From Myxococcota bacterium (GTDB lineage Bacteria > Myxococcota_A > UBA796 > SXON01): 64,000 bases of DNA. The DNA is taken from NCBI GenBank assembly GCA_040386535.1, contig JAZKFH010000032.1, positions 64,001 to 128,000 of the forward strand. The letters run 5' to 3'. Shown piece by piece: positions 56,306 through 64,000 of this stretch (its first letter is position 1; every line of letters begins with the position of its first letter). Below the pieces are notes generated by a model, which did no database searches, had not been told where the DNA came from, and saw only the letters and a program-made list of their open reading frames with translations. The translations under genes and the position numbers were made by a program.

Positions 56306-59218
56306 TCACCGGACGTCGGACTCCACGAGGCTGATCAACAGCGCGGTCCCGGAGGACGTGATCGCGTAGCGCTTGCCCGTCACGACCCACAGCCCGGACA
56401 CGTCCGCCTTCTTCAGGTCTCGGAAGGCGCGGGAGATGTTGTTGTGCGGAACGTCGATATCCCCGTGCTGGGCGAGCGCCTCGCTCATCTCCTTCGGGCT
56501 GGCCGGCTCCTTCTGCTGGCGCCGCGTCCATTCGAGCGCCCACAGGATCCGCGGCACCCACACCGTCCCGCGTGAGGCGAGGTCCCGCGGGATGCGGCCG
56601 AGCTTCTCGGCCGAGGCGTCGTTCGCGCCGGCCCCGAGGCCGGGAAAGAGGGTCGGTCCCGGCCGCGCCGCGCCGTCGGCCGCGCTCGGAGACTCCTGCC
56701 ACGACTGCCGGGGCCGCTCGATGGTTCCGCTGAAGATGCTCGCCGTGACGGACAGGACGTCGCGCGTCCATCGGTGATCCGCGAGGTCGACGAGCTGGGC
56801 GTTCTCCGCCTGGTAGCGGGCCTTCAGGTACGCCTCGAAGAAGTCGTCGGCCGTGCTCTCCAGGAGGTCGCCGAAGGTGCACCCGTCGTCGCTGCCCGCC
56901 CCCTGGCACCGCTCGATGAAACGCTCTGCCAGCTCGCGGTCGTACCAGCGTCCGGCGCACGCCATCAGGAAGCGGAACTGTCGCTCGCGGCTCAGGCGCA
57001 TGAGGTGGACGTACCCGGACGCCGTGAGCCCGATCCGGCTCGGGAGCCCGGTGGCCGGGGAGGCGCGGTTCTGTGCGTCGCACACGAGTCCGCTGCGGAG
57101 GAGGCTCAGGAGCGCCTCCCGCACCAGGACGGTGCGATATCCCCAGGCCCCGAAGCGGGCGACGACGACCTCGGAGCGCTCTTCGAGTGGGCGTGCGTGC
57201 GCCAGCTTGGAAGTGCCGTGCAGGTAGGCGAGGAGGCGGAGGCGCAGCGCGTGCGGGACGGGCACCGCCGGCTCGGCGTCGAACACGTTCGCGAGCCCGA
57301 CCCGCTCCGTCATCGTCCGCGGCGTGCTCACGGAGAGCAGGCCCTGCAGGACGGCCGCCGTCGCGCCCCCGGTTGTCGCGGCCTCGACGCCGGAGGCGAC
57401 GACGCGTCCGGTCATGTCGAGCGCCGCCCGCATATTCTGGCCGGCGAGCGCGCCCACGAGCTCCGCGCCGGCGGAGCGGTTCGCGAGCAGGTTCCTCTCA
57501 AGCCGGTCGCACCAGACAGGCACGGCGTCCGACGCCTCCCCAAGCTGAACGGATCGGGACGCGTTGAGGAGGTGCGCCCTCGCGAAGTCGAGGCGGCGCC
57601 GGAGCACGTGGTCGAGGCCAGGCGTCTTTACGTGGAACACGAACGACAGCGGCGTGGAGCTAAGGAATCCCTGCGGGTGGCGGCCCTCCCGATACGTGTC
57701 CTCGCGGATGCAGAACACCACGATCGCGGGCGTGTCCCGGGCGAGCTGCTGCGCGAGCCCGTAGACGCACTTCTGGTAGTCGCTGTCAGCCTGGTCGATG
57801 TTGTCGATCGCGAGGAGGACCGGGTACCGGAGGCCGTCGGGCCGCTCCAGCCGGTGCCGCAGGTGGCGGATGAAGTGCACGAGCCACCCGACCGGATTCT
57901 CCCGGTACTTCTCCACGACCTCGAGAACCTTCAGGCCCCACTCGTCCTCGTGCTTGGCCCAGTAGCTCCGGGCGACCTCCCGCGCTTCGTCGAGCGGCCG
58001 GTGGCAGAGAGTGCGGAGCGTCGCCATGTGGAAGGGGTCGCCGTGCCGCTTCGCGTTCTCGTCGAGGTCGTCCCGCCCGCGGAGCACCCCCTTGGTGGAG
58101 CGCTGCAGGCCCTCCAGGACTCGCTCGGCGACCTTGCGGTGCTCGTCGGCGGCGTTGAACGTGCCGGCCCTGCCGAATCCCTCCAGGTCGATGATCGCCG
58201 GGAACGCCAGCCGGTCGACCTTGAGCTTCCGGAAGGCGCGATGGATGAACGTGGTCTTCCCGGCGCCGATATTACCGACGACCACGACCGGGTGCTTCAG
58301 CCCGATCTTCTCCCGCCACGTGACCGTCCGCGCGAAGTCGTCCACGTCCCCGTCGAGGACCTCCGCGTCGCCGCCCTCGACGTGCTCGGCGCTGTCCTTG
58401 AGCAGGCGGGCGATGCTGGTGTCGAAGTCGCTCGTGAGGTTGGGAGACACGTAGCAGCGGTCGAGCATCTCCAGACGGTCGTCCGAATGGATGTCTGCGA
58501 GCATGTACGAAGAGATCGCGGCAATCCGCGCGACGTCCTCGTCGTCCCGCGGCCGGCGCTTGAAGCGGAGGACCTCCGCCGGGATGATCGGCTCTGGCAA
58601 CTCGCCGAGGGTCGGCTGCTCCAGCAGCCGGACGATCTCGCTGCGGCGCCCGTCGCGCCCGAGGCAGTCCATGAAGTCGTCGAACCGCGCGAGCACCTCC
58701 TCCGGCGAGAGGAACACCAGAGCGCGGCCCTCCGTCCAGGGCGCGCGCGGCGCGGAGAGGCCCCGGAAGAAGATCCACTGGGCCCCGTTTGTCACCGCGC
58801 AGAACGGCACCGCCCTGGCGTTCGCGTATCCGGCCGCCTGGTTCATCGCGCGGCGCAGGTTCTCGCCGCCCTTGCTCATGAGCCCCTTGACCGCGCGCAC
58901 GTGCGACCGGTCCGACGGGAAGGCGGCGGGGTCCACGTGGAAGGTTTCGTTGATCCTCTTCGCCTCCACCACGAGCCAGGGCTCGCCCGCCCACCGCAGC
59001 AAGTAGTCGAGGAAGTCGCCTCCGCCCGACCTCGCCTCGAACTCGGTGGAATCTCGGTCCCAGCCGAGCACCCGCAGGACCTCGTCTACCGTCCGGACGC
59101 GGGTGGTCGCCTCGTTCGCGTCCCAGAGCTTCAACTCGCCCACCGCCTCAAACGCGGCCGACAACCGCTCGCGGCGACCGCCATCCGGCGACTCGGCGTC
59201 GTGGTGCCCCTCGGTCAT
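56306..59218 (-). CDS. HsdR-N-like restriction nuclease - P-loop NTPase - winged-helix protein
   Basis: NEATTR...VLGW...DYLL...VEAKR...QAAGYA...VTNG..W; GNIGAGKTT; LLAIDNID; C-terminal wHTH-like ending RYAITSSG. Confidence 0.85.
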   Translation of the reverse strand: MTEGHHDAESPDGGRRERLSAAFEAVGELKLWDANEATTRVRTVDEVLRVLGWDRDSTEFEARSGGGDFLDYLLRWAGEPWLVVEAKRINETFHVDPAAFPSDRSHVRAVKGLMSKGGENLRRAMNQAAGYANARAVPFCAVTNGAQWIFFRGLSAPRAPWTEGRALVFLSPEEVLARFDDFMDCLGRDGRRSEIVRLLEQPTLGELPEPIIPAEVLRFKRRPRDDEDVARIAAISSYMLADIHSDDRLEMLDRCYVSPNLTSDFDTSIARLLKDSAEHVEGGDAEVLDGDVDDFARTVTWREKIGLKHPVVVVGNIGAGKTTFIHRAFRKLKVDRLAFPAIIDLEGFGRAGTFNAADEHRKVAERVLEGLQRSTKGVLRGRDDLDENAKRHGDPFHMATLRTLCHRPLDEAREVARSYWAKHEDEWGLKVLEVVEKYRENPVGWLVHFIRHLRHRLERPDGLRYPVLLAIDNIDQADSDYQKCVYGLAQQLARDTPAIVVFCIREDTYREGRHPQGFLSSTPLSFVFHVKTPGLDHVLRRRLDFARAHLLNASRSVQLGEASDAVPVWCDRLERNLLANRSAGAELVGALAGQNMRAALDMTGRVVASGVEAATTGGATAAVLQGLLSVSTPRTMTERVGLANVFDAEPAVPVPHALRLRLLAYLHGTSKLAHARPLEERSEVVVARFGAWGYRTVLVREALLSLLRSGLVCDAQNRASPATGLPSRIGLTASGYVHLMRLSRERQFRFLMACAGRWYDRELAERFIERCQGAGSDDGCTFGDLLESTADDFFEAYLKARYQAENAQLVDLADHRWTRDVLSVTASIFSGTIERPRQSWQESPSAADGAARPGPTLFPGLGAGANDASAEKLGRIPRDLASRGTVWVPRILWALEWTRRQQKEPASPKEMSEALAQHGDIDVPHNNISRAFRDLKKADVSGLWVVTGKRYAITSSGTALLISLVESDVR

Positions 59219-59642
59219 GCGCCCCTCGCCGGGCGTTCGCTACCGCGGGTCTGCTTTGCGCGCGCCTCGGCGTTCAAGGTGCCGTGGCGCGCGCACGCTG
59301 TGGGCCACGACCGGGCAGGCGATCCGACGGCGGGTTTGGTCACGAGATCCTACGAAGGGAGGCGGAGTGTGCCCGATGGGAGTGGCGGATTCAAGCGGCC
59401 GAGGCGAGAGCGCGCGGCCGACCGGCGCGAGCTTCCGCCGAGCCTGGGCCAGATGCGCATGGGCAGTCCAGGATGCCGCTCCTTCCGCGGCGGCGGGGCG
59501 AACCGGGGCGGCTCAAGCCCCACTCCGGCGCTCCCCCACCCCTCGACAGGCCCAGACGCGCGAGCTGAGCCATCGCAACAGGCAAGTGTGATGGCATGGC
59601 CCTGCGATCTCGTCACAGGGCCTCTTCCCGGACGCGCACCCC

Positions 59643-59741
59643 TTGTACCCGAACTGTACCCCAACCCAGCCCTTCCAGGCCCCTCCAGGCGGGTACAACG
59701 ACATAGGGGGCCCCGCGGCCCCCAACAATTCCAACTACTTG
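59643..59741. repeat. att-like end with arm-type repeats
   Basis: TGTACCC at 59644 and 59655, inverted GGGTACA at 59691, tandem CC(T/C)TCCAGGC at 59671-59690, IHF-like CAACTACTTG. Confidence 0.5.
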
Positions 59742-59762
59742 ACCACCCCTACGAGCCCGAGG

Positions 59763-62147
59763 TCAGAAGTCGAACTTCAGCCCGAACGTGAAATCGGACG
59801 ACGACAGGTTGATCTGGTTCTCGCCGTGGATGAGCCGCGTGTTGCGGTACTCGGCCACGAGGAACGTGTCGTTGATGCCGCTGATCGCCTCGAGGCGGCT
59901 CGCGGCGCGACGATCGAACACGTCGAGCAGGATCATCAGGCCGCCGCCGAAGTGCCAGCCGTACTTTCCGCCGGTCCTCCTGTGGTCCATGGTGTCGGGG
60001 CTGACCACGTACCAGTTCTCCTCCCACATCCAGTAGTCGAGGCCGACGCGCCCGAAGGGCACGATGGGCTGCTCGTCGAACAGATCGAGGCGCCCGGTGA
60101 GGGTCAGCGCGAGCGGGACCATCGTGAACTTGTCGGCCTCGCCGCTCGCCACACCGTCGGCGGTCTGCATGAACCCGTTCGCCTGGAAGAAGCCGATGCC
60201 GAGGTTCGCGTCGATGAAGCGGGAGGCATACCCGTACTCGAACCACAGGATCACGTTCGTCTTCTCGCCGAACACGTCGTTCACGTACTCGTCGGCGATG
60301 GTGGTCGGGCCGGCCCGCACCTGCACGTTCATCGTGCGGGGGCCCTCGTACTCGTCGGCCTCTTCAGCGTGCGCGGTCGGCGCGGAGATGGCGAGCGCGA
60401 GGACGCCTGCACTGACGACGACGCGACGACGACGACGCGCAACGGCGGCCGCGGCCAGCACGATCGCCGCCGAGCCGGCGCCGCCTCCGAGGCCACCTCC
60501 GAAGCCACAGAGCGGCGGGACACCACCCGGCTCCTTGGCGCGGTCAGTGATGGAGAAGGTCTCTTGGGGCGTGACGGGGACGATGGCGGACATGGGACCC
60601 CAGAGGTCACTCCCGTCGATGGCGCGGACGGCCACGTAGTAGGTAGTGCCGTTGGTGAGAGAAGAGATGGTCTCGCTAACCTCAGCCCCAGACGCCGGAC
60701 GGACGACGTGGGGTGCCGTGATGTCATCAGTGCCGCTGAACGTCGGCCCGCCGGTGGGGTAGTCGGCGGCGGTGAAGGGCTCGACGTCGATGTAGATGGA
60801 GTACGACTCGATGTCCGTGGCGCTCAACGCCGTGAACGCGACCGTCACCGACCTGTTGCCCCACTGCACGTTCGACTCGTCGAGCGAGACCCGGCCGGGC
60901 GGGTTGTCGATCTCGAGGGTGCCCGCGCCGCGGCCGACGAGGCCGGCGTTGTCCTTCACGAAGACCCAGAGGGTGTTGGCGCCTTCGAGGTACTCGTCGT
61001 CCGAATCGATGGTGAACGTCGCCGTCGTGGGCGTATCGGCCTCCACCGACCCAGTCGTGAGCTCGCCACCGTTGGCGGCGGCGGTGCCGTTCAGGCGCAC
61101 CTCGTACGTGCCCGCCACGTCCGATGTGAAGGTGAGGCTCACCTCGTCGCCGTCGACCCCCGAGTCGGGCGCCACCGTGGAGACGGCGACCCACGGACGG
61201 TCGGTCAGCGCGAGCACGGTGCCGTCGGTGGTGGTGCCGAAGGCGTAGCCCTGGATCGTGACCAGCTCGCTTATGTTGACCGCGCCTGGGATCGTTCCGA
61301 GCTGCTCGCCGGGAGTGTTCTCGAACGTGTAGAGCAACGCGTCTTCTTCACCCGCGCCGAGCACCATCCACGTTTCGGACGGCAGGAAGCCGACGGCGGT
61401 GACGGAGTCGGCCACGTTGGTCAGGGACGCCTGGTAGTCGCTGGTGGTGGCCTGGAAACGCACCAGCCCACCGCCCGAGTCCGCGAGGTACACCGTGTTC
61501 CCGTTCTCGTACGGGAACGCGTCGACGTAGCTGCGGCTGCCGAGATCGCCCTGGGCGGTCGCGAGCGTGCCGGTCGCGACCTGCACCTTCGACAGGTCTT
61601 CGCTGCCGTGAACCACGATCAACGTACCGTCGACCAGGAGCGTGTCCTCGACCCCCTCGCGGGAGAGCTCCGTGGGGAACCCCTCGAGGGCCGTGCCGTC
61701 CAACAAGGCGACCCCGGCCACGACGGTGCCGAGCTTGGGGTCGTCCAGGACCGCGTAGACGTTGTCGCCGTCCGTCTCGACGGCGAAGATCGGGCCGTCC
61801 CCAAGGACCAACGAGTCTTCCCGCTGGGTGATCACACCCTCCGGGGAGATCTCGATCACGGCCACCGTTCCGTCCTCACAGCCGGTGTAGAAGCTGACGC
61901 CCTCGAGCGTCATGTCCCCGGACGCCGCCGCGCCGCTCGCGCCGGGGCACGCGGTGAGGATCGTGGTCTCGAACGTGCCCGCGTCCATCACCCAGAACTT
62001 GCCGCCGCCGGCATCGTTCCAGCCGATCCACGCGCCATCCGGGCTCACGACGATGTCGGTCACGTCGGTGCCGACCTGGAACGTGCTGGCGAGGCGGTCG
62101 GGCGCGGCGAGCGCCACCGAGCTGACCTGGAGCAGCAGCAGGATCAC
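59763..62147 (-). CDS. surface protein with internal MYXO-CTERM-like motif fused to a MXAN_2562-like beta-barrel
   Basis: GTG 62147 signal peptide; propeller/Ig/FN3-like region (TYYVAVRAID); CG...AAIVLAAAAVARRRRR; second signal ..AHA; barrel ending FGLKFDF. Confidence 0.8.
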   Translation of the reverse strand: MILLLLQVSSVALAAPDRLASTFQVGTDVTDIVVSPDGAWIGWNDAGGGKFWVMDAGTFETTILTACPGASGAAASGDMTLEGVSFYTGCEDGTVAVIEISPEGVITQREDSLVLGDGPIFAVETDGDNVYAVLDDPKLGTVVAGVALLDGTALEGFPTELSREGVEDTLLVDGTLIVVHGSEDLSKVQVATGTLATAQGDLGSRSYVDAFPYENGNTVYLADSGGGLVRFQATTSDYQASLTNVADSVTAVGFLPSETWMVLGAGEEDALLYTFENTPGEQLGTIPGAVNISELVTIQGYAFGTTTDGTVLALTDRPWVAVSTVAPDSGVDGDEVSLTFTSDVAGTYEVRLNGTAAANGGELTTGSVEADTPTTATFTIDSDDEYLEGANTLWVFVKDNAGLVGRGAGTLEIDNPPGRVSLDESNVQWGNRSVTVAFTALSATDIESYSIYIDVEPFTAADYPTGGPTFSGTDDITAPHVVRPASGAEVSETISSLTNGTTYYVAVRAIDGSDLWGPMSAIVPVTPQETFSITDRAKEPGGVPPLCGFGGGLGGGAGSAAIVLAAAAVARRRRRVVVSAGVLALAISAPTAHAEEADEYEGPRTMNVQVRAGPTTIADEYVNDVFGEKTNVILWFEYGYASRFIDANLGIGFFQANGFMQTADGVASGEADKFTMVPLALTLTGRLDLFDEQPIVPFGRVGLDYWMWEENWYVVSPDTMDHRRTGGKYGWHFGGGLMILLDVFDRRAASRLEAISGINDTFLVAEYRNTRLIHGENQINLSSSDFTFGLKFDF

Positions 62148-63151
62148 GCGACCCCCAGGAGGCCGGCGGCCGAGAGCCACGAGGCGATCCGCGCGGCGGC
62201 GAGGCCGGCGGCGTGCAGATCGTCGGTGACCGCCCAGACGAACACGCCGTCCCCACCGGGGTCGGCGCGGAGGCGGCCCCACCACACGCCGGGCTTGCCG
62301 ATCGTCGCACGCGGCCGGAGCCGGGCGGGGCGCGAGATGAGCACGAGCCCTTCGGCCCCGCGCCACGCATCCTCCACGGCCTCGATGGTGACGCCGCGCA
62401 GGTGGAGCCCCGCGCTCATGCCCGCGAACAGCGGCTGGGTCGCGACCTGGACGCCCACCTTGGTGGCGGCGAGCCCGGTGAGGGCCTCGACCTCGGCGGC
62501 CGCGAGCTGCTCGGCGCCGCTCCACTCGTCCATCGCCGTGTCCTCGGGGAGCGTGTCGAACGCGAGCCCGTCCACGAAGGCCCGACGGGGCGGGTCCTGG
62601 TTGTTCAGCGTCGCGACGACCTGCTGGGCGAGCTCCTCCATGCCGCCACGCCCACGGCCGCTGGCCGCCAGGGACACGACGCCGGTGACGCCCGTGAGCC
62701 CGACGGGAACGAGCGGCCCGACGAGCGAGGCCAGGAGCGCGCCTACCGAGGACGGCGACCGCACGGCGCCCGCCCGCGCCACCGCGTCGGGGAGCGAGGG
62801 GGTGAGACCTGGGAGGACGAGCGGCGCATCGAGCACGCCCACGGTCGCGTCCCCCACGTCGACCACGAGGACCCCGCGCTTGACCAGCCCGGGGGCCAGC
62901 TTGCCCGCCACCGCCGGCGGGACGCACAGGATCACGAGGTCCGGCTCGGCGCTCGTGAGGGCGGCGATCGGCTCGACCCCCACGTTCTGCCCGCGAAACG
63001 AGACGGTGTCGACCCGGGGCGAACGCGCCGCCGAGCCGTACACCTTCAATGAGGCGATCACGATGTCCGAGGCATCGAGGGCCGCGAGGACCTGCGCTCC
63101 AGCCGACCCCGTGCCGCCGACAACCGCCACTTCCAATGCCGTTCTGCTCAT
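62144..63151 (-). CDS. aspartate-semialdehyde dehydrogenase-like (USG-type) protein
   Basis: VAVVGGTGSAG, PLVLP, ASGRGRGGMEEL, LAFD, VWWGRLRAD, VTDDL; no NPNC. Confidence 0.8.
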   Translation of the reverse strand: MSRTALEVAVVGGTGSAGAQVLAALDASDIVIASLKVYGSAARSPRVDTVSFRGQNVGVEPIAALTSAEPDLVILCVPPAVAGKLAPGLVKRGVLVVDVGDATVGVLDAPLVLPGLTPSLPDAVARAGAVRSPSSVGALLASLVGPLVPVGLTGVTGVVSLAASGRGRGGMEELAQQVVATLNNQDPPRRAFVDGLAFDTLPEDTAMDEWSGAEQLAAAEVEALTGLAATKVGVQVATQPLFAGMSAGLHLRGVTIEAVEDAWRGAEGLVLISRPARLRPRATIGKPGVWWGRLRADPGGDGVFVWAVTDDLHAAGLAAARIASWLSAAGLLGVA

Positions 63152-63195
63152 CCCGGCGTCTTATCCCGGACCATGACCAGACGGCGCACCTGAAG

Positions 63196-63420
63196 CTACG
63201 CCTCGCGGTGAGAGGCGATGATCGACTGGATGCGGTCCTTCCCACGGAGCTTGAGGCGCTTGACCCGGTTGATCTCGCGACGCTCGGCCTCGGACGGGTA
63301 GCGGATGCGCTCAAGACGGCCGAGCTCCCGCTCGAAGTCCTGGTGCTTGCCGAACAGGTGGCGAAGCTCGTCGTGGGAGGTGGTCAAACGGTTGATGACT
63401 TCGAGTTCCGTGGCTTCCAT
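63196..63420 (-). CDS. DUF465/YdcH family protein
   Basis: LFGKHQDFE...EINRVKRLKLRGKDRI; GAGG RBS. Confidence 0.85.
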   Translation of the reverse strand: MEATELEVINRLTTSHDELRHLFGKHQDFERELGRLERIRYPSEAERREINRVKRLKLRGKDRIQSIIASHREA

Positions 63421-63474
63421 GAGACCTCTCGTCTAAGGTTGCCTGGGGAGCATAACGAAAGCGGTTTCAACCTG

Positions 63475-64000
63475 TCAAACGTGCGACGGCCGTGCGTCAG
63501 GCTCGCGAAGGTACCGTAGACCCACGTTTTCTGGCGAGCGGCCCACGATCGAGCGACACAAGGTGACGCCGCTGCCCACCGGAGAATCCGCGCCCGCGGG
63601 GTGCACCCGGTGCCCGGCAACCCGCATGGCGTCGATGAAGACGACGGCCCCCTCCCCCACCGCCACGCCCGGCGCTCCGCGCGCCGCGATGTCGACGGTC
63701 ACGTCCTCCTCGTCGCCGATCGCGACGGGGACGGGCCCACGCGTGTCGAACCACCCGCCGTAGACGCGACCCTTGCGCGCGTCCAGCAACGCGAGGACCC
63801 GCGGCTCCCCCGGCGCGAGCGTGGCGCGCAGGGCCAGCGACGAGATCGGCGCGACCTCGACGCCGCGCGCGAACGCCAGCCCCAGCGCCGCGGCGACCCC
63901 GACACGGATGCCGGTGAACGTGCCGGGCCCCACGGTGACGGCGACCCGATCGAGGCCCGACAGCGCGCCCAGCGCGGCGGCGAGGTGCTGCTCGAGCCAC
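63475..64000 (-). CDS. tsaB: tRNA threonylcarbamoyladenosine biosynthesis protein TsaB (5' end beyond window)
   Basis: DRVAVTVGPGTFTGIRVG, ISSLAL, LDARKGRVY, YLREPDA. Confidence 0.92.
   Translation of the reverse strand, partial: WLEQHLAAALGALSGLDRVAVTVGPGTFTGIRVGVAAALGLAFARGVEVAPISSLALRATLAPGEPRVLALLDARKGRVYGGWFDTRGPVPVAIGDEEDVTVDIAARGAPGVAVGEGAVVFIDAMRVAGHRVHPAGADSPVGSGVTLCRSIVGRSPENVGLRYLREPDARPSHV

Larger units (their letters stand above)
46830..59760. mobile_element. tyrosine-recombinase integrative module / genomic-island end
   Basis: Integrase, recombinase paralogues, XRE regulators, nucleases, att-like repeats at 59643-59740 next to core genes; left boundary uncertain and may include the copper island. 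Confidence 0.55.

Noticed and set aside
56774..63176. 1005-aa and 1177-aa plus-strand ORFs
   Set aside because: High-GC antisense shadows of well-supported minus-strand genes; no motifs.
1..64000. tRNA, rRNA, IS transposase, conjugation or phage structural genes
   Set aside because: None recognised by eye; a covariance-model search was not possible.

Overview
High-GC bacterial DNA, most likely Myxococcota (CorE-type ECF sigma, MYXO-CTERM-like motif, MXAN_2562-like barrel). It has four blocks. (1) 1-2998: a minus-strand ORF of at least 999 codons, absent from the ORF track because it runs off the left edge, encoding a Cap4-like nuclease-STAND NTPase-helical sensor protein (Avs-like antiphage candidate). 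(2) About 3.1-46.8 kb: a large copper-homeostasis island with three CopA-type P1B-1 ATPases, CusCBA, two multicopper oxidases, CopZ, DUF305 proteins, cytochromes, CsoR and a CorE-like sigma. It includes a CsoR-headed operon with ferrosome (fez)-like small membrane and HMA_2 genes built around a Cu(I)-type ATPase, and three recurring regulatory DNA motifs. (3) About 46.8-59.8 kb: an integrative module with a 12-bp direct-repeat array (about 32-bp period), one intact tyrosine recombinase, two catalytically degenerate recombinase-like paralogues, XRE regulators, nucleases, an HsdR-N/NTPase/wHTH defence candidate and an att-like end. (4) 59.8-64 kb: probable core genes (MXAN_2561/2562-like fusion, Asd/USG-like, DUF465, tsaB). 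All family calls come from motif recognition by eye; no database searches were run.
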